Of a stretch of 64,000 bases of DNA, positions 45,711 through 58,424 are shown in pieces. Below the pieces are notes generated by a model. The model made no database searches. It saw nothing but the letters and a program-made list of their open reading frames with translations, and was not told the DNA's origin. The translations under genes and the position numbers were made by a program. Numbering within the stretch: position 1 is the stretch's first letter; each line of letters begins with the position of its first letter. The DNA comes from the human T2T-CHM13v2.0 reference genome, Homo sapiens: NCBI RefSeq assembly GCF_009914755.1, contig NC_060930.1, one strand, 5' to 3'.

Positions 45711-46193
45711 CATGTCAAGATCCCATAAAATTCTTTTCTCCTCCAACCTAAAATATTAATGGCAATATACTAGCAGTGTACTAGTGATAAAGGAATCACA
45801 CTCCAGGACACAGTAAACAATCCAAAACTTTCTACAGCTAACTCAAACACACATATTAAGTAAGGCAATGATGATGCAAACAATTCAAAATGGTATGTAA
45901 ACCTCAAATTTTTTATATTTCTCTTTAAAGTATTTCAGGTGACAATATACCTAGCAAATAAGATGCAGTATCACAGGATTTTAGTTAGACAAATCTGAAT
46001 TATTACCCCATCTCTGATATATTTTGGAAAATCACATTTATCAAGCACATCTCCACCTTCTTCTTGATTTTAATTTCTAAGATATTCTGTTAGCTTTACT
46101 TTCCATCATTTTTTTTCTGAATTTTAAAATTTCTGCTATCATCTTTTGTTTCCTATAAGTTTTTTATGTTTTCAAATTATTTCTTTTTTATAG

Positions 46194-46534
<341 letters not shown>

Positions 46535-46878
46535 GCTCTTGCTATGTACCTATAAAACTAATACAAAAATAAAAATTTAATCTCTTTCCAGGTTGTTTGG
46601 TCTCTTTGTGCTGTAATCTCTCCCAATAAATTTGCATAATTATTGACTGACAATTCATATTTAAGAGCAAAGTACCAAAAAGTTGACTGTAATTTTTTTT
46701 CTGTGGAAGAAGACAAGGAAAGGGCAGAGAGGTTATCACTACAAAAAGATCAAGCCTTCTTTTTAGATTATCAAAAACCACAAAGGGTATTCTGAACTTT
46801 CCTCCACGTATTTAAAAAGGAGAAGAAAATGTCACTTCTCTACCTCATATCTAAGCACATATACTATTGTAGAAGTAC

Positions 46879-47232
46879 TGTTGTAGTTTACTTGAGCTGC
46901 TATAATAAAGTACCATATACTGGGCAGCTTATAAACAACATAAATTTGTCACAATTCTGAAGACTAGGAAATCTAAGATAAAGACATTGAGAGATTCAGT
47001 GTCTGGTGAGAGTCCCCCTTTTTTACATAGATAGATCTTCTTGCTGTTTATTCAAATGGTGGAAGGGTCAAGGGTCTCTTTGGAGTCTTTTATAAGGGTA
47101 TGAATCCCATTCATGTGGGCCCCACTCTCATGACCTAATCACCTCCCAAAGGCCCACCTCTTAATGCCATCATCTTGGGGAGTAGGATTTCAACATATGA
47201 ATTTTGGCCAACATAAACATTATATCATAGCA
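46879..47232 (-). mobile_element. Solo MLT1A-like LTR
   Basis: gctgctataataaagtaccata..ctgggcagcttataaacaaca..ctcatgacctaatcacctcccaaaggccc..ggatttcaacatatgaatttt..catagca. Confidence 0.85.
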
Positions 47233-49424
47233 TGCATTATAACTATAAAAGATATAGAGAAACTTTAAATAGAAATTAAAACAAAAAGTCTCTCATTTTG
47301 ATAAGATTGCTAGAAACAGATACAGAAATCTCGGTTTAGAGAAAGCAAGAAACCTAGCAGAAATGTTGGCCTTTCCAGCAAGGAGGATTATGAGCCACCT
47401 CCTGCAAGAAAAGATAGACCCCAATGATATTCTCTGAATGATACACATTTGAATAAAAGGGGAGAATTGAAAATCCTACAAAAACAGAATTAGAGTTGAA
47501 AATACAGATTACTGAAGTGTTATTAGTGCTGAGACATAGCTTACAATTGTCGAAGAAAAATGTTGTATACCAACTGTGTGTATCTTTGAAAGGATAAAAA
47601 GCAAAAAATAAAATGAGATAGTGCAAATTAATGTGGACATGTTTTATTATGCTTCCTTCAAATATTTATAGACATGTGGGGAAAAGTATCTCTTAGTATA
47701 AAAAGTGTTTCACTGTGTATATTAGCATAGCAGGTATGTGTAAAAAGGTATATTTTCCCTTATAAATGGTCTCAGGAGGATATCCCTAACTGAAAACTAA
47801 ATACTAGAGAATGTTGATCAAAAGGCATATAAAGAGAAAAATAATCACTATTCATGTATTAAACCTCAATAAATAAATAGATTTCTTCATCAATTCTTAT
47901 TTTGGATCTCGCTTGTAACATCTGTGTAGTTTAAATTTTAATGTAAAGAGATAATTAAGTTTAATCATAAAACAAAATACATAATAAAAATGGGATATTT
48001 TTTACCTCTTACAGAGTCATCATAGCATCTCAAAAATCTCCATCTACACTAATCTTTCTAATGACACTACCCAAAATTTCTTTCTTTCTTTTTTTCTTAT
48101 TAAACTTTCATTTTTCAGGCAAAGAATAGGTCCACAAAAAGTCTGAGTGTGAACCGCATGATAAGAGAAAGGTCTTGCTCACTGTTATATCTCTAATACA
48201 CAACACAATGCCTGGCCTGGCCAGTAGAGTCTATAGGGTCTCAATAAATGGTTGAAACTATAGCCTGAGCAACAAGGAGATCCTTATTAGGAGCAATTGT
48301 GGTAAAGTGGGTGGGAGTTGTTGGGTATTATGTTGAAGTGGGAATGGTGATGACAAACGGAGACTGAGTCTAATCTAATGATGCCTAAGACGCATCAATA
48401 TTCAGAAACACATAGAGAAGTAAAAAAAAGAGAGAATATGATTAGGCTTCTCTGTAGAGTTACTAATGCAGAATCCCTAGAATGTGAAATGTGGGATTCT
48501 GCATATTACTAACATTTCCAGGTGATTCTGATGATAAGCCGGGTTTAGAAACCATGTTTTAAGAGAGTTGTGTGCAGCAGTGAGCATCTTTGCCACAGGC
48601 TTCCTGCAAGGTGCAGTGCAATGGGTGCACATTCAGCAACAGAATGGATAGTATCCAGAATCCAGCAGAAATTCAGCATTTGAAGAATCAGATGCCTGCT
48701 CTTTAATTATGATATGTCACATCATGAGGAAGACATCATTCTTCTTTTGCAAATAAGGAAAGCACCACCTTATGGCCATGAGTTTTGTGCTGTTTTATCC
48801 TTTTTCTCCAAGAAAAACATTTGGATGTAATGGATACATGGTTAGCAGCACCCAGAAACCATAAACCCAAGCCTGATGCAATCCCTCCTTATTTATAGTG
48901 TGTCCCAAAAGTTTCAGATCAAGGTAGATGAATAATCTTCAAAAGCTATAAGCAACATATAAATTATGGCAATATTATGAATCTTGTGAGAATTATACAG
49001 TGCCTTTCTAATTCAATGTGTGAAATTACTTCTAAGTATAAAAGAAAGAGATAAACTAGAAGTGTTCAAGATCAGTGAATAAAAGATATCTAATTTATTG
49101 GAGTCAAATAACATTTATTTAACAATAAGCCCCATAAATTCAAATTAAAAACTAATAAATTATGTGCAGAAACTACAATTGATTCTGTTTCTATGGTTAT
49201 ATAAAAATAACAGAGAATTGGTTATGGAAAGCAAATTTTTCTTTTTGAAAAGGCTACGAGAAAGCTCTCAGAAAAACCTATGACTCACATTTTGTGAAAG
49301 TATGGGTCATTTTATATTTTCCAACTTTTCTTTTCCCTGCCCTTGGTTTCCTCCCTTTTTAGTCCTGTGGTGTGTTGTTTGTATCCTTATTTTTAAGCTG
49401 CCTTACATTCTCCTGTCGCAGGTC

Positions 49425-49800
49425 TGATATGGTTTGGCTCTGCATCCCCAACAAAATCTCATGTAGAATTGTAATCCCCAGTGGTTGAGAGAGGGACCTG
49501 ATGGGAGGTGACTGGATCATGAGGGCAAATTTCCCCTTCCTGTTCTCATGGTAGTGAGTGAGTTCTCATGAGATCTGGTTGTTTGAAAGCGTGTAGCACT
49601 TCCCCCTTAGCTCTCTCTCTCCTGCCACCATGTGAAGACATGCTTGCTTCCCCTTCACCCTTCTGCCATGTTTCTAAGTCTCCTGAGGCCTCCCCAGCCA
49701 TGCCTCCTGTACAGCCTGTGGAACTGTGAGTCAATTAAACCTCTTTTCTTTATAAGTTACCAAATTTCAGGTAGTTCTTTATAGCAGCGTGAGTAATACA
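49425..49800 (+). mobile_element. Solo MSTA/THE1D-like LTR in NMBR intron, antisense to the gene
   Basis: tgatatggtttggctctg..aaatctcatgt.gaattgtaatcccca..gaactgtgagtcaattaaacctcttttctttata..taataca. Confidence 0.9.
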
Positions 49801-51166
49801 AAGCTGAACAAAAATAAGTTGAACATAAATAAGTCATCACTCTAGCATTATAGGGTAAGTGTGGACTATTGTTCTAAAGAGAAGCACACTCTTGGTGCCA
49901 ATCTCACTACCAATTAACAGACTGAGAGGCAAGGGCTATGGAGCAAAAAAGAAAGCATCATCTCCAGTCAGGGGCAGCTGGCTAACATGAACCTGAGCTT
50001 CAGTCAGGAGTTTTGATGAGAAAACAGCAAACAGTTAACAGCACTCCCTCCCACCACTGAACAAAGACTGATGGAAAAGTCCTATGAAGCCTAGTGAGTG
50101 TTAGACCCAGGGCCTGTATCCAATCTATTTCAGTATCTTAACAAATAATTACACTCAATAAAATATCTGTTTGCATTGATGTAATATACAAATAATATTA
50201 ATGATTCAAGACTTTGTCTACTGACCTAGTTATGGAATGAAATCTGATTATCCTAACCAGCACTCAAAAACTTGGATTTTGTATTAATAACTATTAATGC
50301 ATTAGAAACTTAATCAGATTTGGTACAACATTATTTTTGCATTTAATCCAACATTGGCTATTTGGTATCAGAAGAAAGTATCACCCAATACATTAAACTA
50401 ATATTAGTTTATTTTTATGGTTTTTATAGTTTTATTTTTTAAATTTAATTTATAAATGCGTTTTGGTTAACAGTTATATAAGAAGCCACAATAAAGAATT
50501 GATATCTAGTTTTATATTTGTTAATACATGAAATTATGAAGTTTACAGTTTAGCACTAGGAATCTGTGAGAATTTTTCCTATGAAGGAAAAAGGAAAACT
50601 CCATTCCTAAGAGTTATTTGCATTTTAATAATGTGCCATCAGAGGCCAAAAGATCTTCAAGAATCAAAGAAATAACATTCCAAATTTGGAAACGCAGCTA
50701 CTCATATACAGAGAAAGAGATAACTATAACGCCAACCAGGAGCAAAATATGGCTTATGGGGCGCCACCAACCTGATGTCACAGCACACACGTCCCAATAC
50801 TCCACGGGGGGAGGTGAGAATATGTGTGTGTTTGTGTGTATGTGTGTATGTATAAAAGTGTTAGAAACATGACAGAATATAGAAATACTTTTAATCAACT
50901 ACTTTATGTAAGCAAGCAAGCAATATACATTTTCAAAATTGTAACAAAACTGTCTATCAAGATAACAGTTTAAAAAATAATAAAAAATTGAGACTACCAC
51001 TATCACCACTTCATACCATGCACTGTCTCTCCTCCAGCCATACTGGTTATGATGATGTGCCTCTGAGGCATGACTGCAGTGGGCACAAAAGCTGTTGCCT
51101 AGGGATGTGTCTGCTGAAACTCCTCGGAAGAGTTTGGAAAGTTGAGGATTAATAATCACAGACACC

Positions 51167-51465
51167 AGCTAGGAGCAGTGGCTCACACTTGTAATCCCAA
51201 CACTTTGAGAAGCCGAGGTGGGCAGATCGCTTGAGGTCAGCAGTTCGAGACCAGCCTGGCCAACATGGTGAAACCCTGTCTCTACTAAAAATACAAAAAT
51301 TAGCCAGGCATAGTGGCGTGTGCCTGTAATCTCAGCTACTCAGGAGGTTGAGGCAGGAGATTTGCTTGAACCTGGGAGGCAGAGGTTGCAGTGAGCCGAG
51401 ATCGCACCCCTACACTCCAGCCTGAGTGACAGAGCAAGATTCTGTCTCAAAAAAATAAAATATAA
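51167..51465 (+). mobile_element. Alu (AluSx/Sz-like)
   Basis: Full dimer; flanking direct repeat aataatcacaga[c/t]acc. Confidence 0.94.
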
Positions 51466-54049
51466 TAATAATCACAGATACCAGTGTCATCTGACCACCC
51501 TTTGGCCATATCAGACAAGGTGTTTTAGGCCTCAAGGTGGATTCAAAATATTTGTGTTTTTCATTTTAGTCTCTGCAATCTAATGATGCTGACATCAATG
51601 AAGTGTAGAATATGAGTCTCCACTTCACATTGGAATATGCTTTCTGAAATCTAATTATCTTCCTGGGTTTTTTTCTATGTACTGTGATCTCTATAGGCAA
51701 AGAGATCTTAGGCAAAGATCTTGTTAGGCAAAGACACTTAGGCCATCTGTGAAGACAGGATATATGATACAAATAATTGAATTTGTTGTTTAAAGACTCT
51801 AATAACATAATTTTTATTTGTTTATTATAGTTTTTATTGCTGCAACTACTACTTAAAATTGAATTCAAGGTGCTTCTTTTATTTTGCAGTTACATTTTAT
51901 GATGTTTTTTCACTGTAATAAATCTAATGAATCAGCTCCTGTACTCTTTTTTTTTTTTTTTAATGCTTGGGTGTTTTGTTTTAAACTCAGCTTTTAAGTC
52001 TGCTGGTAAATAAAAAATACTATTAGTAATTTCTTATACCAAGAATTGTAATAATGTGGATTAATGGTGAAGAGTTCAGACTTTAAATGGCGTTCAAACA
52101 TGTTGGCACCATCAGTGGCTAGCTGTGAGATCATAAAAATGTTGCTGAATTTCTAATCTGTTTTCTTAGCTTTAAAGTTTTTAATTTAAATAAAATAATG
52201 CCTATCTAACAGCATTGTGAGGGTTGAAAAATTACACAAAAAAAGTTAGCACTGTGCTAAGCACAATTAATCCTACAATTGATTCCACATCCACAAGAAA
52301 TCATAGCTTTTGGTGAGATATAGTAAGAAGTCATCAAGTACTAGTCAACTATTGATTGCTATGCTCTAGAAGAAAAATAGAAGTGTAGACAATATATAAC
52401 AAACCATTTCCAACCCATTTTAAGTGAATCATGGAATATATTGCATAACATCATCAACAGTTACTCAGGTTTCCTAGTTTATATTTCCTAAACACACACT
52501 GGTAGACAAGGGTAGCCTACGGACCAAGTAGAAGAGGCATCTCACCTTTCCTTATTGTTATTACTAAAGTATTCATCCTGTATTCACAGAATATATGATG
52601 CACAAATGAAACAAAGAAAGTCAGTAAATATATAAGGATTATTATTTTCTCTGATCTAGGCCAGGGCAAATTTACCTGTGTAAATGGTCATGTGTCGCCA
52701 TGACAATAGATTGTAAAAACTGGTGTGAAATAAACTCCAACCCTGGGTCTTGCTACCAATGCCATGTCTTTAGAATAAAAGCACAATGATAGTAATTTAA
52801 ACTACTGTGGTTGCTAATCATTAAGTTTTATTCTAATCACTAAGTAGGTTTTTTAAACTTTCTAGGTAAAATAAGATTGCATAAAGAGGGGCAGCTAAAC
52901 TAGTCATATTTTTGCTTTGGAATTCAGAGAAAGTATTTTAAAAGATAATAGAAATGCTGCCACATAAACAAAATTAGGTACATAATTTATACAAAAGGCA
53001 CCTAAGTTTCCAGGAGTGTGGTTTTTAAGAAAGTGAATCATTTTCAGTTTCTCAAGTCTCTGTTGAATGCTGTGTTTCCCTCAGTCAGGATTAACTCTTC
53101 AATGCCAAAGTAGTATTCCAGTATTCTTGCAAATACCAGGAAATTCAGATACAGACTTATTTTTCATTAGCAATTGAATATGTAAATTAAAGAGGAGAGG
53201 GCATACCACCTTAATTATCCAAGTTAATTGTTTATCTAAATAGCTTAAGTCAGTCCTCCATTCCCACCAAGGGAATTAAACCACAGCTCCATGAAAAGGT
53301 ACCTAATTTTGCATTTTTCCCCACCCCTATCCAAACATTCCCTTCTGCTTAAATGGACCCTGAGTCAGGAGACTTGGATTTTCCTCCCTGGTCTTCCATT
53401 AGAAATTACATTCCCTGGGCCTCAATATGCACATCTGAAAAATGACAGAGTTGAACTAGTTGATGTGCAAAATAGAATAATGGACACTTCACACCCTTAA
53501 CATATGTCAAAAGCAGATTTAATATCAAAGATGTATTTTGGGTACCTATCTGTGGAAAAAAAAAGTCTCTTAGCTTCAGGTATTAAACAAGAAGAATGTG
53601 AAAAGTCATCTGCCCAAAGAACATTTATTAATCTAATTGGTTTTACTTCTAAGAAATAGTAAAATTCAGTTAATAAATTTAAGTAAGTTCTCCTCTTACT
53701 TGAAAGAAATAAAAATTAAATATTTGCCTAATATTAAGCAGACATTCTTACCTATTAGATTCTTACTCTACTGCATAAAGGAAAGAACACTAATAAGATT
53801 TTAAGCACACACAGAAAGCTTCAACAAGATACTCGCTCTTTTGCATGTTTATTCTATAGCTTTTCTATGAAATAATATTCCCTAAGTGTCGGAGGTGGGA
53901 CTAGGAGATGCAATTTTAAATGCAATTTTAATTGTTTTTTTTAAAACATAGTAATTTTCTTATATTTTTCCAAGCCTCACATGTCAGTCCGTTTTAACTC
54001 TGTTTACTCTACTTCCCAGGTACACACTCTCTCCCTCTCTTCCTCTCCA

Positions 54050-55050
54050 CACCCAACCTTTCCTTGCGTCCTTCTGCCAGTAGGTGCACTCCGGGTGAGT
54101 CTTCTCTACTCGCCCCTCTCCACGACTTTTCCAAGCCACTCACAGCTACCTGTGCTCTTACCTGTCGGCGCTGAGGGCAGTGAGAGTGAACACGGAAACC
54201 CCCACGGAAGTGAGCTGGATGACAGGGATCAGTTTGCAGCCCACCTTGCCAAACATCCACTCGTCGAAGAAGTAGCGCGAGGCGTCCACCGGGACGCAGG
54301 TGAGCAGCAGCAGCAAGTCCCCGGCCGCCAGGTTAGAGATGAAGATGTTGGGGACGCTCCTCATGGCGCTGTTGGTGATGAAGATCTTCACCAGCATGAT
54401 GTTGCCCAGCAAGCCCACGGTGATGATGAGCAGGTAGAGGGACGGGATCACACAGCGGATCACCAACTCCGTGGTGGTCCCGTCCGAGGCCGGCAGGAAA
54501 TCCCTTTCCCACCCCTCGGGAACGGAACCGCTCTCATTCGCGCCGGTGGTCACCGAGAGGTTGGAAAGAGACTTAGAGGGCATGATCTCCTTTCCAGCAG
54601 AGTCCGCTGGAGTTTTCACGCGCTCCGGTGCCCTGAGGACTGAACGCCCACGATTTAGGTTTAATCGATGTCCCTCCCTCTCGCCCCTGCAAGTTTACTG
54701 TCCGCGGGGCAAGCCTCACAGCACCACGTCCCTAAGAGTTCAGGACCTGGGGAGGGGTCTGTCCACACACTCGGGCGCTCCGCTTCTAGAGGGGGGAAAT
54801 GGCTCCGGCTAACTCTGAATTTAAATTAAAAAAAAAAAAAAAGCAAAGCGGTTGCGTCTTTGTTCCGTATTCAGTGGTTTGTTCTCGCGGTTATCTAGCG
54901 GAAAACAGCCTTTCAGGAACAAGGAGCTGTCCCTTGGGGATCAGTAGAAGCACCTGCCGGACTCTTCGCCCAGAGAAGCAGAAGTCATCCTGGCGCTGTC
55001 CAGCGGGCCGCAGCTGAAATCCCGGGAACTAGGCGGGGCCACCTGCAACC
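54050..55050. promoter_or_regulatory. NMBR: CpG island / NMBR proximal promoter and first coding exon
   Basis: Abrupt GC- and CpG-rich segment in an otherwise CpG-depleted AT-rich window; GC box aggcggggcc at 55031-55040. Confidence 0.85.
54162..54583 (-). CDS. NMBR: Neuromedin B receptor, first coding exon (aa 1-141: N-terminus, TM1-TM3)
   Basis: ATG at 54583 (context gagatcATGc) gives [49 protein letters not shown]...GLLGNIMLV...[11 protein letters not shown]...TALSADR, the NMBR N-terminus with class A motifs GN and LAxxD. Donor AG|gtaaga at 54162/54161. 422 nt, phase 2. Confidence 0.99.
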
Positions 55051-55165
55051 TGCTTTTCCCACAGCTTTGCTCTTGTTTGTGAAGTTCCTGTTGTATTGTG
55101 TGGAACTGGAGGGGAGGTCAGTCCTCCATGCATGTGTGTGTGCCCCTATATACATCCATCCTTAC

Positions 55166-55246
55166 CCGCCTCCAAGCAGGAGGAGCTCCAGGCAAGAACT
55201 TTGGAATCTCTGAGGATTAAAGGGCTGAGTTGGCAAGTCCCTAATG
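55166..55246 (-). other. NMBR: Candidate 81-nt non-coding NMBR 5' UTR exon
   Basis: Minus-strand acceptor cactcatttttttcccctaaattctgtgtttcag| at 55247/55246 and donor CGG|gtaagg at 55166/55165. Confidence 0.55.
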
Positions 55247-55389
55247 CTGAAACACAGAATTTAGGGGAAAAAAATGAGTGCCAAAGAATGAAGCTCATAA
55301 ATGAAATCCTCTCGCTACTCTTCTTCTGATCATCTACTGTTCTTACCTTAAATGTGAAAATTATTTCCTATTGTTGGCATATTATTTTT

Positions 55390-55870
55390 AAATTTATATT
55401 TTATTGAATTATAACGTGTATAACGTACACATTTCTTAATCGTTCTGCTTAATCTAACCATCATTCAGAGCCCACAATCTAGCCACCATCTCCCAAAATA
55501 ACCACCATTTGGCTTGTTATTGAATAAGTGTGCCTCCTATTGAGCATCGTATAAATGGAATCATTCAGCATACACTCTTGTGTCTAGGTTCTTTCACTCG
55601 ACACCATATCTGTGAGATCCACTCATGTTTTTTCTCAGGTGGCATTTTTCATTACTGTATACTACATCATTTTATAAATATACCACAGTTTGTTTATCCA
55701 TTCTATATTGATTAACATTTGGGTTCCTTACAATTTTAGTCAACCTGAGTAACGTTTCTATGAACATTCTTTTACATGTGTTCAGGTGCACATTTGAATA
55801 AATCCCAGGTGTGGATTTGCCAGGTCATAGTACTTGAGTATGTTCAGCTTTACTGGAAACTGACAATTTT
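55390..55870 (-). mobile_element. Old L1 (L1MC/ME-like) 3' fragment
   Basis: tataaatggaatcattcag..tttcactc..tctgtgagatccactcatg..ataccacagtttgtttatccattcta. Confidence 0.65.
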
Positions 55871-56461
55871 TTAAAATAAATTACTAACTTATTTTTTCTT
55901 TTGGAACCTGGCTCGACAATTTTATTTGTTAATTCTATCTATTAAGGCAGAGTATATGTATGCTTATGATTGAGTAATGCCACTCGTAGATATATATTCA
56001 ATAAACATCTGATATGCTGTTTTAAATAGGTTGTCCCTAAGCACAAAACAGTTTCCCAAATCACCACCATCTGAGTCTAATGTAAACTGATCAGAAATGG
56101 TGGCTCAGTTCTGGAGTTAGCTAAATAACACTCTTCATTAGGGAAAACATTTGACTAGTTCTTTGTTATTAAAGGATAAAATTGAACAATTGAATAATAA
56201 CAATGTAACTAGCCAAGGACTACCTATGATGATCTAGCCATAAACTGATAAGATGTGTATATATGCAATGTCACTTATAAATTAAGCAACTTTTCCAGAT
56301 ATTGCCCACCAAGAGCACTGTCACATCATAATTGAATTAGACAAGGTAAACATTTGCATTGTAATCAATTTTAAGTTTTATGTTTTCTAACTCAAAAGTC
56401 CTTATTGTACTCTTCTGGAATTTCACTACTTAAAATAATTCATTATAAAATTAAGATTAGT

Positions 56462-56513
56462 TAAATAGAATATTTATGTATAAATATATTTGAATATATA
56501 AATATTCTATTTA
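56462..56513. repeat. AT-rich near-perfect palindrome (20-bp arms, 12-bp spacer)
   Basis: taaatagaatatttatgtat ... atatataaatattctattta, one mismatch. Confidence 0.85.
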
Positions 56514-57148
56514 TATTTATAAAAATTATACACATATATAGAGGGAGAGGGAGCAAGAGAAAGAGGAAAAGAGAGCAAGGAAATTAATATTACATGTAAG
56601 TTGAGAAATGTCTCTAGGAATTTTATCTCCAAAGTTATTTGTTTTCTTTTTAACATCCAATATTACTATACAGAATAAATTACTAAAGCAATCTTCTAAT
56701 TATGAAGTGTCTAAAATTCAAACTGCAACTATGCCATTTTAACATATTTTATATAAAAATATATTGAAATCGAAATTACTGTATGAATTTTTATATTCTC
56801 CTCCTTGTGTCTGTGTGTTCCTAATCATTTAGAAGAGAAAAAAATGTTTAGTCTAAAAGCTGGATTAATAAATATCCAATTGACAGGCATTGTAGAAACA
56901 AGCCATCTGGATTGAATTTTCTTCATTTTAAGTAAATTTATATGTATTTACTTAAAGATTTGTGTTCATTGTAGTGAAGAATATAATGAATATTTTAATA
57001 ATTTTTTTGGTATTTTATTAAAATGTTATAAAGTTATAATAATGTGTTATTTAGATTCATCACAAAATTACATATAAGAACACAGTATTGTCTCATATTA
57101 ATAGAATGCACACACATCAAAGGTAAACATCTACTGGAATGAAACACT

Positions 57149-57449
57149 ATTTGTTTATTTATGTTTTGAGACAGGGTCTTGCTCTGTCACTCAGGCATAT
57201 GCAGTGGCATGAAGATGGCTCACTATAGCCTCAACCTCCTTCATTCAAACAATTCTCCTGCCTCACCTTCCCCATGTAGCTGGGACCGCAAGTGTGCCCC
57301 ACCATGCCTGGCTAACTTTTTTAATTTTTTGTAGACATGGGGTCTCACTTTGTTGCCCCAGCTGGTCTCAAATTCTTGGGCTCAAGCAATCCTCTTGCCT
57401 CAGCCTCCCAAATGTCTATAATTATAGGCATGAGCCATAGCACCCAGCC
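57149..57449 (-). mobile_element. Alu (AluJ-like)
   Basis: Diverged reverse Alu dimer. Confidence 0.9.
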
Positions 57450-58424
57450 ATACAAACTTTATTATTGTATTCAATATGTCATATACCATATTAGGTTTCT
57501 TAGACTCATATACTTAATGTTTATCAATATTCCTGGATAAAAATACTTGAGTCTTAACATGATTCACAGAGACAAGATAAATTGTCTAATTTGAAAGAGA
57601 CCTCATGAAACTGCATTTTGAAATTTATTGTATTTGAAATCAGTGTCTGTTATGTCTCTTTGTTTCTGGAGAAAGCAATTATGTCAAAAAAATGTGATTT
57701 CTATATAAATGAAGTATACATTTTTAATCCTGAGTATTTGATGTTTATAAATACACATTGTATATTTTATTGCCCTAGTACAGAACTGTTCAGAACCATA
57801 TTGATGCTGTTTCAAATTCGTTGACATGAGTATTATTGTTGTAAGTGAATATGAAGAATTTGAAATTTAAACCAATTTTGTAATCCTCATCTGCTTCAAT
57901 GTATCTATCCTTCAGTGTATTATGAAAAAATATAAAATACTATACTTATGGAGACATTTTATAGGTTTTTCTTAAGATCATGACAAAGGCAAGTATACTC
58001 GCTATTATCATTGTTATTTAACACACTGGAGGAGATTCCAAGCAATGCTATTGCAACAGAAATGGAAATGAAAAGCATAGAATTTGAGAGAAAGGAGATA
58101 CTAATACAAATATATAATATTAAAATTAAAATGGAACTGGCGAAAGAACAGAAAAAAACATTAATGGAAGAGAATACAAAGTTCAAAGTCAGCTGCATGT
58201 AGATAAGGAAACAACACTCAAATGTGTATTGCAACAAATAAAAACTTAGTAGATAATACTGGGAAAACTGTTGCACAGGCAAGAAGAATAAAACAGAGTC
58301 TCTATGTAATACTATATGTAGTATTATAATTCTAGTGCATTAAAGGTCACAGTATGAAAAAGTAATTTGGGGAAGATAATAGAAGAAAATATTAAAGAAT
58401 ATATATGAGACCACGGGGGTGGGA

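Noticed and set aside
54584-54619. 12-codon N-terminal extension ([12 protein letters not shown]) in the ORF track
   Set aside because: Starts at a GTG with C at -3; the ATG at 54583 has A at -3 and gives the known 390-aa protein.
53981-54643. 220-aa plus-strand ORF over NMBR exon 1
   Set aside because: Antisense shadow of a GC-rich coding exon; no recognisable domain.
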